Shown here: positions 1 to 12,925 of the stretch, piece by piece
Layout of the letters: each line of letters starts with the position of its first letter
Position numbering within the stretch: position 1 is the first letter of the stretch
From: Laetmonice hystrix
Taxonomy: Eukaryota
NCBI GenBank assembly: GCA_965235115.1
Contig: OZ249437.1
Coordinates: 23,374,001 to 23,438,000 of the forward strand
Length of the DNA stretch: 64,000 bases
Reading direction: 5' to 3'
Position numbers and translations under genes: made by a program
The notes under the pieces: model-generated
What the model was told of the DNA's origin: nothing
Databases searched by the model: none
Seen by the model: only the letters and a program-made list of their open reading frames with translations

Positions 1-210
1 GGTGGAGGGAGTCTGGGAGAGTGGGGGGGGGGGGGGGGGGTAGGGGGGCACATCTCCAGACGCTGATCCCGTTGACACACTGCCAGACCCATTCCACGCC
101 CTCCTTAAGGGTCATTCCCATCGTAAACTCTGCCGCCTAATGACCAAATTAAAAATTACTTCCACTCCAGCTATTCATGGCCCGACCACTGAATGAACAA
201 CCCTTGACAA

Positions 211-274
211 CCCGTAAAAATTAGCATTAATACCCGTAAAAATTAGCATTACTACCCGTAAAAATTAGCATTAA
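211..274. repeat. Short tandem repeat, ~22-bp unit x3
   Basis: cccgtaaaaattagcattaata repeated three times. Confidence 0.85.
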
Positions 275-709
275 TGAGGTGCGGATTCCCTCCGACAGCC
301 GTGCTGTTAGATCTCTCTCTGTTAGAGACAGAGAGACAGAAGAGAGAGGGAAGCACTACTGGCCTGGTGGTCGGCCTCATCAACAGAGGAACGCAGGCCC
401 ACCATCACTGGCACGACTAAAGCACATCTCACAGCTGCTGCCAACAAACTGTGGCCCGGTGAAAGAAAAAACTACTCTCTCAAAATAGGTCACTATTTTA
501 TGATGCACATTTCTAATGAGGCTGAGCTAGCTGTGAATGATTTTTACACATGCCAAGTACGAGTAGGATCCGCGCTTAGACATCCTCACGACTATGTTTA
601 AGACCTGGGTAAAGAAAGTGAGCTAATTTATTTAATGAACTATAAAATACAACCCAGAATCCTCGTGACAGCCTTGTTACTGAAACATTAAAGCTTGTTT
701 CACAGCCTG

Positions 710-1060
710 ACATGGGCCATCCTTAAACTCTCTATAACATGGGCCATCCTTAAACTCTCTACAACAAGGGCCATCCTTAAACTCTCTATAACATGGGCCA
801 TCCTTAAACTCTCTATAACATGGGTCATCCTTAAACTCTCTATAACATGGGCCATCCTTAAACTCTCTATAACATGGGTCATCCTTAAACTCTCTATAAC
901 ATGGGTCATCCTTAAACTCTCTATAACATGGGCCATCCTTAAACTCTCTATAACATGGCCATCCTTAAACTCTCTATAACATGGGCCATCCTTAAACCCT
1001 CTATAACATGGCCATCCTTAAACTCTCTATAACATGGGCCATCCTTAAACTCTCTATAAT
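710..1060. repeat. Minisatellite, 27-bp unit, ~13 copies
   Basis: Unit acatgggccatccttaaactctctata; gives the TWAILKLSI pseudo-ORF. Confidence 0.95.
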
Positions 1061-1123
1061 AGCAGCTAGAACATCCATGGCAAAATCTTCTCTGATCCTA
1101 ACCCTAACCCTGGTCTCAAACCC

Positions 1124-2991
1124 GATACTGTAGGCAGTAGGGGCCTACCTAATGACGCCAACCGTTCAGTGGATGGACATGATGTGGTATGTGTGATACT
1201 GTAGGCAGTACCTAATGACGCCAACCGTTCAGTGGATGGACATGATGTGGTATGTGTGATACTGTAGGCAGTACCTAATGACGCCAACCGTTCAGTGGAT
1301 GGACATGATGTGGTATGTGTGATACTGTAGGCAGTACCTAATGATACCAACCGTTCAATGGATGGACATGATGTGGTATGTGTGATACTGTAGGCTGTAC
1401 CTAATGATACCAACCGTTCAGTGGATGGACATGATGTGGTATGTGTGATACTGTAGGCAGTACCTAATGACGCCAACCGTTCAGTGGATGGACATGATGT
1501 GGTATGTGTGATACTGTAGGCAGTACCTAATGACGCCAACCGTTCAGTGGATGGACATGATGTGGTATGTGTGATACTGTAGGCAGTACCTAATGACGCC
1601 AACCGTTCAGTGGATGGACATGATGTGGTATGTGTGATACTGTAGGCAGTACCTAATGACGCCAACCGTTCAGTGGATGGACATGATGTGGTATGTGTGA
1701 TACTGTAGGCAGTACCTAATGACGCCAACCGTTCAGTGGATGGACATGATGTGGTATGTGTGATACTGTAGGCAGTACCTAATGACGCCAACCGTTCAGT
1801 GGATGGACATGATGTGGTATGTGTGATACTGTAGGCAGTACCTAATGACGCCAACCGTTCAGTGGATGGACATGATGTGGTATGTGTGATACTGTAGGCA
1901 GTACCTAATGATACCAACCGTTCAGTGGATGGACATGATGTGGTATGTGTGATACTGTAGGCTGTACCTAATGATGCCAACCGTTCAGTGGATGGACATG
2001 ATGTGGTATGTGTGATACTGTAGGCAGTACCTAATGACGCCAACCGTTCAGTGGATGGACATGATGTGGTATGTGTGATACTGTAGGCAGTACCTAATGA
2101 CGCCAACCGTTCAGTGGATGGACATGATGTGGTATGTGTGATACTGTAGGCAGTACCTAATGACGCCAACCGTTCAGTGGATGGACATGATGTGGTATGT
2201 GTGATACTGTAGGCAGTACCTAATGATACCAACCGTTCAGTGGATGGACATGATGTGGTATGTGTGATACTGTAGGCTGTACCTAATGATACCAACCGTT
2301 CAGTGGATGGACATGATGTGGTATGTGTGATACTGTAGGCAGTACCTAATGATGCCAACCGTTCAGTGGATGGACATGATGTGGTATGTGTGATACTGTA
2401 GGCAGTACCTAATGACGCCAACCGTTCAGAGGATGGACATGATGTGGTATGTGTGATACTGTAGGCAGTACCTAATGACGCCAACCGTTCAGTGGATGGA
2501 CATGATGTGGTATGTGTGATACTGTAGGCAGTACCTAATGACGCCAACCGTTCAGTGGATGGACATGATGTGGTATGTGTGATACTGTAGGCAGTACCTA
2601 ATGATACCAACCGTTCAGTGGATGGACATGATGTGGTATGTGTGATACTGTAGGCAGTACCTAATGACGCCAACCGTTCAGTGGATGGACATGATGTGGT
2701 ATGTGTGATACTGTAGGCAGTACCTAATGATACCAACCGTTCAATGGATGGACATGATGTGGTATGTGTGATACTGTAGGCAGTACCTAATGATACCAAC
2801 CGTTCAGTGGATGGACATGATGTGGTATGTGTGATACTGTAGGCAGTACCTAATGACGCCAACCGTTCAGAGGATGGACATGATGTGGTATGTGTGATAC
2901 TGTAGGCAGTACCTAATGACGCCAACCGTTCAGTGGATGGACATGATGTGGTATGTGTACTGTAGGCAGTACCTAATGACGCCAACCGTTC
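1124..2991. repeat. Minisatellite, 63-bp unit, ~29-30 copies
   Basis: Unit gatactgtaggcagtacctaatgacgccaaccgttcagtggatggacatgatgtggtatgtgt; highly homogeneous; carries the 664-aa minus-strand ORF. Confidence 0.97.
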
Positions 2992-3377
2992 TGACAGGTG
3001 TTCATCTCTCTGATGATGTTTTGTCCCATGCCACTGGTTGCTGAGACCCATCTGAGCCATGATTCTTCACTAACCAAGAACGCTCCAAAGACTCACCTGA
3101 GACCACCTATCGAGGTGGGCATGCATGACCAACACGAGTATAAATAACGTTTACCAATACACGCTTTCCATCCATATTCAGTCATTAAGAAACAGAAGAA
3201 ACACACAAATTACATATGGAAAGTCGAATACGATTTCCGGACCCCTTCAAGGTATACCGCCTTTCTATGGTTTGCTGACATCATAAAGGATATGTTGAAA
3301 TTCCCATCCATTAATTAGTAGTGTACATCCTTCTCATTAACTTCCAACACTCCAGATGTTGACCTCCACACGAACTG

Positions 3378-3660
3378 ATCTTAGTGATCCACTAACAGTA
3401 TCTAAAATCGTGCGGTTTTGTCTTAGTGATCCACTAACAGTATCTAACATCGTGCTGTTTTGTCTTAGTGATCCACTAACAGTATCTAACATCGTGCTGT
3501 TTTGTCTTAGTGATCCACTAACAGTATCGGAAATCGTGCTGTTTTGTCTTAGTGATCCACTAACAGTATCTAACATCGTGCTGTTTTGTCTTAGTGATCC
3601 ACTAACCGTATCTAACATCGTGCTGTTTTGTCTTAGTGATCCCCTAACCCTACCGAAATC
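3378..3660. repeat. Minisatellite, 42-bp unit, ~7 copies
   Basis: Unit tcttagtgatccactaacagtatctaacatcgtgctgttttg. Confidence 0.93.
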
Positions 3661-4403
3661 CATGAGGATTTAGCCTACCGTATCCAAGATGGTTAGGTTT
3701 ACTTTCACACTCGAGTAATGAAATTGTAGGCCTCCTCTGGGAATACAGAAATACTTCTCGAAATGTCAGAGTCCGTAGAGAAATACCATTGGCCTATATC
3801 TGACGACTCCATATAACCGTTCTGGTCTGTAGGCGGTTTGAAGTGGAGAAGTGTATATTATTTATTACATCACCAGTTGATAATTGCAGTCAGTCCGGCA
3901 TACACCCTAATATCAATCAGCGATACCATTAACCCTCATTGAATCTCATTAACAGTTTGTCAATACCAGTCCTATATACGATTAGCTCGTAAATGACGAT
4001 TGGGAAACAAGCTCTCTCAGCAATGAGTGTGTAAACTGTTGGCTGTAGCGGATAATCCCAGCTGACCGGGTGATTAGGACCTGGATCGGATTATCCCTAA
4101 TCTGAGTGTGTGGTGGGTATCCTCACCTGTCAGGTGAGGACAGGTGTAGGGCCTAGCTGAGGGATGATCCACACACACAGGCAATGAACCCTGGTGGGGA
4201 TCAATGACACTATGCGGACATCATGGGACACTGTTTCTGATTGGCTAGCCTGCTTCAATCAGCTCATTAGAAGCGTTAAACTTTAAGCTTCAGCATATAA
4301 CTATTGAAAAGCCGGGCCCAGATCTCATAGCCTCACAGCTTCATGCCTGTCCATGCCTTGCTCCCAAACACGGCACTTTCACCAGCCACAGCTGGAGACA
4401 TGA

Positions 4404-4663
4404 CCCTCACAGACACACGTCAGCCCTTACAAATACACACGTCAGCCCTCACAAACACATCTCAGCTCAGCCCTCACGAATACACGTCAGCCCTTACAAA
4501 TACACGTCAACCCTCACAAACACACGTCAGCCCTCACAAACACACGTCAGCCCTCACAGATACACGTCAGCCTTCACAAACACACGTCAGCCCTCACAAA
4601 CACACGTCAGCCCTCACAAACACACGTCAGCCCTCACAAACACACGTCAGCCCTCACAAACAC
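4404..4663. repeat. Minisatellite, 20-bp unit, ~12 copies
   Basis: Unit cacacgtcagccctcacaaa. Confidence 0.93.
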
Positions 4664-5100
4664 TGGAAGAACTAGTCAACCGGCAGTCTTGGCTAGTAAT
4701 TTGTACGAATAAACTGCCACTTTGTTGCATGCCATTTAAAGCTCTGGTCTGGTCAAGTCCAGGCTTACGTTTAAAGACTTTCATAATGATATCAATAAAG
4801 TACCTGCCGATATAACTGCACCCTGACATCCATGTTCCGGCCTGGCAATTTCCCCTTCAGCCCAGAATAGGACGTCTAGTTAAAATAAAACGACAGCTCA
4901 ATTAATGAGGAAGTTCTGATAAAATGCTCATCAACCCAGGTACAACCTGCCTCCGCCACACCTGTAGTTATCTCTTAGTGTCTGTGAATAAAGTGACTAC
5001 AGCATCCGTGCAAACCTTGATGATTGAACGAGACGAGAGCGGATAACAAAACAGTACGGTGTCATCTATCAGCCAAACAATCAATTTATATTACTCTCTC

Positions 5101-5637
5101 ATAGACAGAGAGGTTCTGAAATCATGGCGAGGGTACTCGCTACAGACAAAGAGGTTCTGAAATCATGGCGAGGGTACTCGCTACAGACAGAGAGGTTCTG
5201 AAATCATGGCGAGGGTACTCGCTACAGACAGAGAGGTTCTGAAATCATGGCGAGGGTACTCGCTACAGACAAAGAGGTTCTGAAATCATGGCGAGGGTAC
5301 TCGCTACAGACAGAGAGGTTCTGAAATCATGGCGAGGGTACTCGCTACAGACAGAGAGGTTCTGAAATCATGGCGAGGGTACTCGCTACAGACAGAGAGG
5401 TTCTGAAATCATGGCAAGGGTACTCGCTACAGACAGAGAGGTTCTGAAATCATGGCGAGGGTACTTGCTACAGACAGAGAGGTTCTGAAATCATGGCGAG
5501 GGTACTCGCTACAGACAGAGAGGTTCTGAAATCATGGCGAGGGTACTCGCTACAGACAAAGAGGTTCTGAAATCAAGGCGAGGGTACTCGCTACAGACAG
5601 AGAGGTTCTGAAATCATGGCGAGGGTACTCGCTACAG
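5101..5637. repeat. Minisatellite, 41-bp unit, ~13 copies
   Basis: Unit acagacagagaggttctgaaatcatggcgagggtactcgct. Confidence 0.95.
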
Positions 5638-6119
5638 TCAGAAGATAAAAAGAAAATATGAAAGCAAGGGGAGCGTGCCGCTTCAGAGTAAGCCCATAGC
5701 TGTTGGAGAAACGGTGTAAATTTAATTGACAGAATATAACGGCGATGTTGCAGAAATCAAACGTAGAAGTCAGGAGATGTTTTCAATGAGTTGGTAACAT
5801 TGCATGCGTGTATTGCAGGGGCACACAGTGAGCCCTTCTATGGGGCACAAGGGTAGAAGGTAGAATCATTTTTTGCTCTCTCTGTGAAGCCTATTTTGTT
5901 TGGGGTCTATTGGGGTCAAGCCACCCCTTGGACCGACGCTAGTATTCACCAGGGCAGCCTAATGTTATCAGGGGACATGGCGCTTGTAGCAGCCCGTGGG
6001 TAGGTTGAGGGTTAGCGTCAGTCAGCGCACAGAGCCCCTGGAATCGATAATCCGAGGGTGGGGGTGCTAACTGACCAGCTGACCAGTCCCTGTGTCACGT
6101 TCACTCCATGGTCACCGGG

Positions 6120-6510
6120 TCAGGCAGACCAGCCCACAGACAGACTGGCCCACAGACCGACCGGCCCACAGACCGACCAGCCCACAGACCGACCGGCCCA
6201 CAGACCGACCAGCCCACAGACAGACCGGCCCACAGACAGACCGGCCCACAGACAGACCGGCCCACAGAAGGATCGGCCCACAGAAGGATCGGCCCACAGA
6301 CACTCCGGCCCACAGACCGCACGACCCACAGACCGCCCGGCTCCGCGCCCACCCACCGGCCGGCCCACAGACCCACAGACACTCCGGCCCACAGACCACC
6401 AGCCCAATGACCCACCGACTGACCGACCCGACATCCACTCACCGGCCGGCCCACAGAACGCCTGGCTCCGCGCCCACCCACCGACCCACGGAACAACCGA
6501 CCACCACACC
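6120..6510. repeat. GC-rich degenerate minisatellite, ~16-bp unit
   Basis: Unit ggcccacagac(a/c)gacc, decaying toward the 3' end. Confidence 0.88.
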
Positions 6511-6687
6511 TAACGCTCCAGAACGACGGCATGGGATCACGTAACCCTGACAGGAGGTCAGGGTCACCCTTTGACCTTTACATAGACCCAAGGTCAGCCG
6601 CCGCACCACGTAAAGCTAGTTACGCGTGGTCAAATTCTACTAAAGCAAACATATCAAAGTAGCACACATTGACATGATTGGTACTGC

Positions 6688-8408
6688 TGCACCTTATCAT
6701 AGTACAGCACGCTGACATGGCGTGTACTACTGCGGCAGTATGTACCTGTGGTAACACACCTTATCATAGTACTGCATGCCGACATGGCGTGTACTACTGC
6801 GACAGTATGTAGATCTGTGGTAACACACCTTATCATAGTACTGCATGCCGACATGGCGTGTACTACTGCGGCAGTATGTACCTGTGGTAACACACCTTAT
6901 CATAGTACTGCATGCCGACATGGCGTGTACTACTGCGACAGTATGTAGATCTGTGGTAACACACCTTATCATAGTACTGCATGCCGACATGGCGTGTACT
7001 ACTGCGACAGTATGTAGATCTGTGGTAACACACCTTATCATAGTACTGCATGCCGACATGGCGTGTACTACTGCGGCAGTATGTACCTGTGGTAACACAC
7101 CTTGTCATAGTACTGCACGCCGACACGGCGTGTACTACTGCGACAGTATGTAGATCTGTGGTAACACACCTTATCATAGTACTGCATGCCGACATGGCGT
7201 GTACTACTGCGGCAGTATGTACCTGTGGTAACACACCTTATCATAGTACTGCATGCCGACATGGCGTGTACTACTGCGGCAGTATGTACCTGTGGTAACA
7301 CACCTTATCATAGTACTGCATGCCGACATGGCGTGTACTGCGGCAGTCGGTACCTGTGGTAACACACCTTATCATAGTACTGCACGCCGACATGGCGTGT
7401 ACTGCGACAGTATGTACCTGTGGTAACACACCTTATCATAGTACTGCACGCCGACATGGCGTGTACTACTGCGACAGTATGTACCTGTGGTAACACACCT
7501 TATCATAGTATATATGTACTGCATGCCGACATGGCGTGTACTACTGCGACAGTATGTACCTGTGGTAACACACCTTATCATAGTACAGCACGCCGACATG
7601 GCGTGTACTACTGCGACAGTATGTACCTGTGGTAACACACCTTATCATAGTACTGCATGCCGACATGGCGTGTACTACTGCGACAGTATGTAGATCTGTG
7701 GTAACACACCTTATCGTAGTACAGCACGCCGACATGGCGTGTACTGCGACAGTATGTACCTGTGGTAACACACCTTATCATAGTACAGCACGCTGACATG
7801 GCGTGTACTGCGACAGTATGTACCTGTGGTAACACACCTTATCATAGTATATATGTACTGCATGCCGACATGGCGTGTACTACTGCGACAGTATGTACCT
7901 GTGGTAACACACCTTATCATAGTACTGCATGCCGACATGGCGTGTACTACTGCGACAGTATGTACCTGTGGTAACACACCTTATCATAGTACTGCAGGCC
8001 GACATGGCGTGTACTACTGCGACAGTATGTACCTGTGGTAACACACCTTATCATAGTACTGCATGCCGACATGGCGTGTACTACTGCGGCAGTATGTACC
8101 TGTGGTAACACACCTTATCATAGTACTGCAGGCCGACATGGCGTGTACTACTGCGACAGTATGTACCTGTGGTAACACACCTTATCATAGTACTGCATGC
8201 CGACATGGCGTGTACTACTGCGGCAGTATGTACCTGTGGTAACACACCTTATCATAGTACTGCACGCCGACATGGCGTGTACTACTGCGACAGTATGTAC
8301 CTGTGATAACACACCTTATCATAGTACTGCACGCCGACATGGCGTGTACTACTGCGACAGTATGTACCTGTGGTAACACACCTTATCATAGTACTGCATG
8401 CCGACATG
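6688..8408. repeat. Minisatellite, ~67-bp unit (64-68 bp variants), ~25 copies
   Basis: Unit gtatgtacctgtggtaacacaccttatcatagtactgcatgccgacatggcgtgtactactgcgaca. Confidence 0.96.
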
Positions 8409-9034
8409 CCTGTGTGACCACCACCCTGTGTGGAGGGGGTTAACCCTGTGTGACCACTAGCCTGTGTGACCACTGCCCCGTGTGAGGAGAGGATTAACCC
8501 TGTGTGACCACCACCCTGTGTGACCACTACCCCGTGTGAGGAGGGGGTTAACCCTGTGTGACCACCACCCTGTGTGACCACTAGCCTGTGTGAGGAGGGG
8601 GTTAACCGTGTGACCACCATCCTGTGTGACCACTAGCCTGTGTGAGGAGGGGGGGTAACCTTGTGTGACCACCACCCGTGTGACCACTGCCCCGTGTGAG
8701 GAGGGGGTTAACCGTGTGACCACCACCCTCTGTGACCACTAGCCTGTGTGAGGAGGGGGGTTAACCCTGTGTGACCACTGCCCCATGTGAGGAGGGGGTT
8801 AACCGTGTGACCACCACCCTGTGTGACCACCACCCTGTGTGACCACTACCCTGTGTGAGGATGCGGTTAACCCGTGTGACCACCATCCTGTGTGACCACT
8901 AGCCTGTGTGAGGAGGGGGGGTTAACCCTGTGTGACCACCACCCTGTGTGACCACTACCCTGTGTGAGGATGGGGTTAACCCTGTGTGACCACCATCCTG
9001 TGTGACCACTAGCCTGTGTGAGGAGGGGGTTAAC
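8409..9034. repeat. Composite minisatellite of ~15-bp gtgtgaccac-type modules plus gaggagggggttaacc modules
   Basis: Modules recur in variable order; abuts the 67-bp array with no spacer. Confidence 0.9.
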
Positions 9035-9246
9035 GATTCCAGAGTGTGGCTATCAACAGACACACACAAAATCCCTCCCTCCTCCTCTGTGTTCATTCAG
9101 GCCCCTGCCAGAGCTGCGCCAGCCCGCATCGATTGTCAGTTTAACATTGCCAACTCCCCACATACAGTATGGCAGTCTCTCGTAATCCCCCCCACCCCTC
9201 CCTCCCCATCCACCCGACCATTCTCTTTTCTCCCGGTTTCTGCAGC

Positions 9247-9260
9247 GTTACCATGGTAAC
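9247..9260. promoter_or_regulatory. Perfect palindromic RFX X-box-like motif
   Basis: GTTACCATGGTAAC matches the RFX consensus GTTRCCATGGYAAC; function untested. Confidence 0.4.
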
Positions 9261-9582
9261 AGTGTTGGGCAGTGCGGACGTTGGTATACCTGTGTAGAGG
9301 CAGCCATCAGTGAGGACGACAGCTGGACGAACGCCGTCCAGTTACCATCACAACCGATGGTGGAGCTTGACGGACGCCACACCAAGCGAGCCAATTCTCC
9401 TTCCTCCCCATCCCCCCCTCACTCCCTCCCTCCACTCCCCCCACTCCCCCCCCCCCCCACTCCCTCCCTCCCTCCATTGCCTTCCTCTTCCGATTCCCTG
9501 ACCTAATTCCGTCTCAGACCGTCGCCAGTGTTTGGTGTCGCTGAAGCAGCAGGATCCAATCCATGGATGGGTTTAACAGGAC

Positions 9583-11262
9583 CACCTCCAGCACTGCTCC
9601 AGCACTGCTCCAGTGTGCCTGCTGACATTGGTTGTGGCTGTGAGGACATCCATGTACCTCCAGCACTGCTCCAGTGTGCCTGCTGACATGCTTGGTTGTG
9701 GCTGTGAGGACATCCATGTACCTCCAGCACTGCTCCAGTGTGCCTGCTGACATTGCCTGGTTGTGGCTGTGAGGACATCCATGTACCTCCAGCACTGCTC
9801 CAGTGTGCCTGCTGACATTGCCTGGTTATGGCTGTGAGGACATCCATGTACCTCCAGCACTGCTCCAGTGTGCCTGCTGACATGCTTGGTTGTGGCTGTG
9901 AGGACATCCATGTACCTCCAGCACTGCTCCAGTGTGCCTGCTGACATGCTTGGTTGTGGCTGTGAGGACATCCATGTACCTCCAGCACTGCTCCAGTGTG
10001 CCTGCTGACATTGCCTAGTTGTGGCTGTGAGGACATCCATGTACCTCCAGCACTGCTCCAGTGTGCCTGCTGACATTGGTTGTGGCTGTGAAGACATCCA
10101 TGTACCTCCAGCACTGCTCCAGTGTGCCTGCTGACATGCTTGGTTGTGGCTGTGAGGACATCCATGTACCTCCAGCACTGCTCCAGTGTGCCTGCTGACA
10201 TTGCCTAGTTGTGGCTGTGAGGACATCCATGTACCTCCAGCACTGCTCCAGTGTGCCTGCTGACATGCTTGGTTGTGGCTGTGAGGACATCCATGTACCT
10301 CCAGCACTGCTCCAGTGTGCCTGCTGACATTGCCTAGTTGTGGCTGTGAGGACATCCATGTACCTCCAGCACTGCTCCAGTGTGCCTGCTGACATTGCCT
10401 AGTTGTGGCTGTGAGGACATCCATGTACCTCCAGCACTGCTCCAGTGTGCCTGCTGACATGCTTGGTTGTGGCTGTGAGGACATCCATGTACCTCCAGCA
10501 CTGCTCCAGTGTGCCTGATGACATTGGTTGTGGCTGTGAGGACATCCATGTACCTCCAGCACTGCTCCAGTGTGCCTGCTGACATGTTTGGTTGTGACTG
10601 TGAGGACATCCATGTACCTCCAGCACTGCTCCAGTGTGCCTGCTGACATTGGTTGTGGCTGTGAGGACATCCATGTACCTCCAGCACTGCTCCAGTGTGC
10701 CTGCTGACATGTTTAATTGTTGCTGGTAGGACATGCTGGGAGTCTGTGCTGGAGTCAGGCTTGACGTACCTCCAGCACTGCTCCAGTGTGCCTGCTGACA
10801 TGTTTGGTTGTGGCTGTGGGGACATCCATGGCCACCTCCAGCACTGCTCCAGCGTGCCTGCTGACATGTTTAATTGTTGCTGGTAGGACATGCTGGGAGT
10901 CTGTGCTGGAGTCAGGCTTGACGTACCTCCAGCACTGCTCCAGTGTGCCTGCTGACATGTTTAATTGTTGCTGGTAGGACATGCTGGGAGTCTGTGCTGG
11001 AGTCAGGCTTGACGTACCTCCAGCACTGCTCCAGTGTGCCTGCTGACATGTTTAATTGTTGCTGGTAGGACATGCTGGGAGTCTGTGCTGGAGTCAGGCT
11101 TGACGTACCTCCAGCACTGCTCCAGTGTGCCTGCTGACATTGCCTGGTTGTGGCTGTGAGGACATTCATGGCCACCTCCAGCACTGCTCCAGCGTGCCTG
11201 CTGACATGTTTAATTGTTGCTGGTAGGACATGCTGGAAGTCTGTGCTGGAGTCAGGCTTGAC
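9583..11262. repeat. Two-phase minisatellite: ~62-66-bp units, then mostly 91-bp units, sharing a ~36-bp core
   Basis: Shared core gtacctccagcactgctccagtgtgcctgctgacat; the tail switches at ~10680. Confidence 0.95.
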
Positions 11263-11274
11263 GGAAGATCAAAG

Positions 11275-11335
11275 CCCAGTTCCTACAAACTTACGATCTT
11301 GCTTAAGCTTAACACTTCTGATTGGCCAATCTCTC
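11275..11335. mobile_element. Fragment of the dispersed hairpin-core MITE-like family (left end)
   Basis: gcccagttcctacaaacttacgatcttgcttaagcttaacacttctgattggcc; its reverse complement resembles the right ends at 14680-14725 and 15535-15573. Confidence 0.55.
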
Positions 11336-11830
11336 CCTTCCAACAACTCCTGGGACCAGTTCTTAAAAACTCAGACGCGTTAAGATGAGCCTAAAGCAAG
11401 ATGTTAGGTTTGAAGAACTCGGAATAGGGGACCACACACCACGGCTCCCGCCTACAGAACTTCATGGCAAACGTTTGACACAGAAACACATACATCGAAA
11501 TATGTCTGTGTGTATAAGTTATCTTTGGAATATTCTTATTCAAATCAAAATATTCTTGCAGTATGCACCATCAATATCTGGTCTGGATATGTCTGTCTGT
11601 CTGAATCTATCTGTCTGTCTGTCTGTCTGGCTGGCTGGCTGTCTGTGCAGGTGGTTCAGGTAAAGCTGTCGACATCAGCTCATGTTGTGTCACCTTTGTA
11701 AATTGGTCCTGGAGATCCACAGACTTGCCCTCTGTGTACATAGCCACCATTAATGTACATATTACATACACCCACCCAAACAAGTTTCTCTACACTGGCT
11801 TTTTTTCACCACTTATTAATAGAAACCAAA

Positions 11831-12610
11831 ATCCGATATCCGACCATGAGCAACATGTAGACCCAGACAAAAAGGTCAAAAGATCCGGTATACGACCATG
11901 AGCAACATGTAGACCCAGACAAAAAGGTCAAAAGATCCGATATCCGACCATGAGCAACATGTAGACCCAGACAAAAAGGTCAAAAGATCCGGTATACGAC
12001 CATGAGCAACATGTAGACCCAGACAAAAAGGTCAAAAGATCCGATATCCGACCATGAGCAACATGTAGACCCAGACAAAAAGGTCAAAAGATCCGGTATA
12101 CGACCATGAGCAACATGTAGACCCAGACAAAAAGGTCAAAAGATCCGATATACGACCATGAGCAACATGTAGACCCAGACAAAAAGGTCAAAAGATCCGA
12201 TATATACGACCATGAGCAACATGTAGACCCAGACAAAAAAAGTCAAAAGATCCGATATACGATCATAAGCAACATGTAGACCCAGACAAAAAGGTCAAAA
12301 GATCCGATATACGATCATGAGCAACATGTAGACCCAGACAAAAAGGTCAAAAGATCCGGTAGACGATCATGAGCAACATGTAGACCCAGACAAAAAGGTC
12401 AAAAGATCCGATATACGATCATGAGCAACATGTAGACCCAGACAAAAAGGTCAAAAGATCCGGTAGACGATCATGAGCAACATGTAGACCCAGACAAAAA
12501 GGTCAAAAGATCCGATATACGATCATGAGCAACATGTAGACCCAGACAAGAAGGTCAAAAGATCCGATATATACGACCATGAGCAACATGTAGACCCAGA
12601 CAAAAAGGTC
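11831..12610. repeat. Minisatellite, 52-bp unit, ~15 copies
   Basis: Unit cgaccatgagcaacatgtagacccagacaaaaaggtcaaaagatccgatata. Confidence 0.96.
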
Positions 12611-12825
12611 GATAGATTAAACTGGAACTGTGTGGATGGTTGACCTAAATTACAGACAGTTAGTTACTAAAAGCTTGCCAGGTTAGAAGTATTCAGTGTT
12701 CCATTATACAAGCCATTAGCACGGTACTGCCAGCGGCGTCAATCCGACTGTAGACTTTGCCAGCCAATTCCAGTTCTTACAAACTCTGCGGAGGATAAAA
12801 TAACAATTGAACCAGCGAGAGGTCT

Positions 12826-12925
12826 CACCTTCCTTATGAACGGGGGTGGGGGTGGGGGGCTCGCCTTCCTTATGAACGGGGGTGGGGGGTCGCCTTCCTT
12901 ATGAACAGGGGGGGGGGGGCGCTCA
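12826..12925. repeat. Three ~33-37-bp copies with variable G tracts
   Basis: ctc(a/g)ccttccttatgaac followed by poly-G, x3. Confidence 0.75.

Noticed and set aside
1097-1111. CCTAACCCTAACCCT telomere-like motif
   Set aside because: Only ~2.5 units; too short to call an interstitial telomere.
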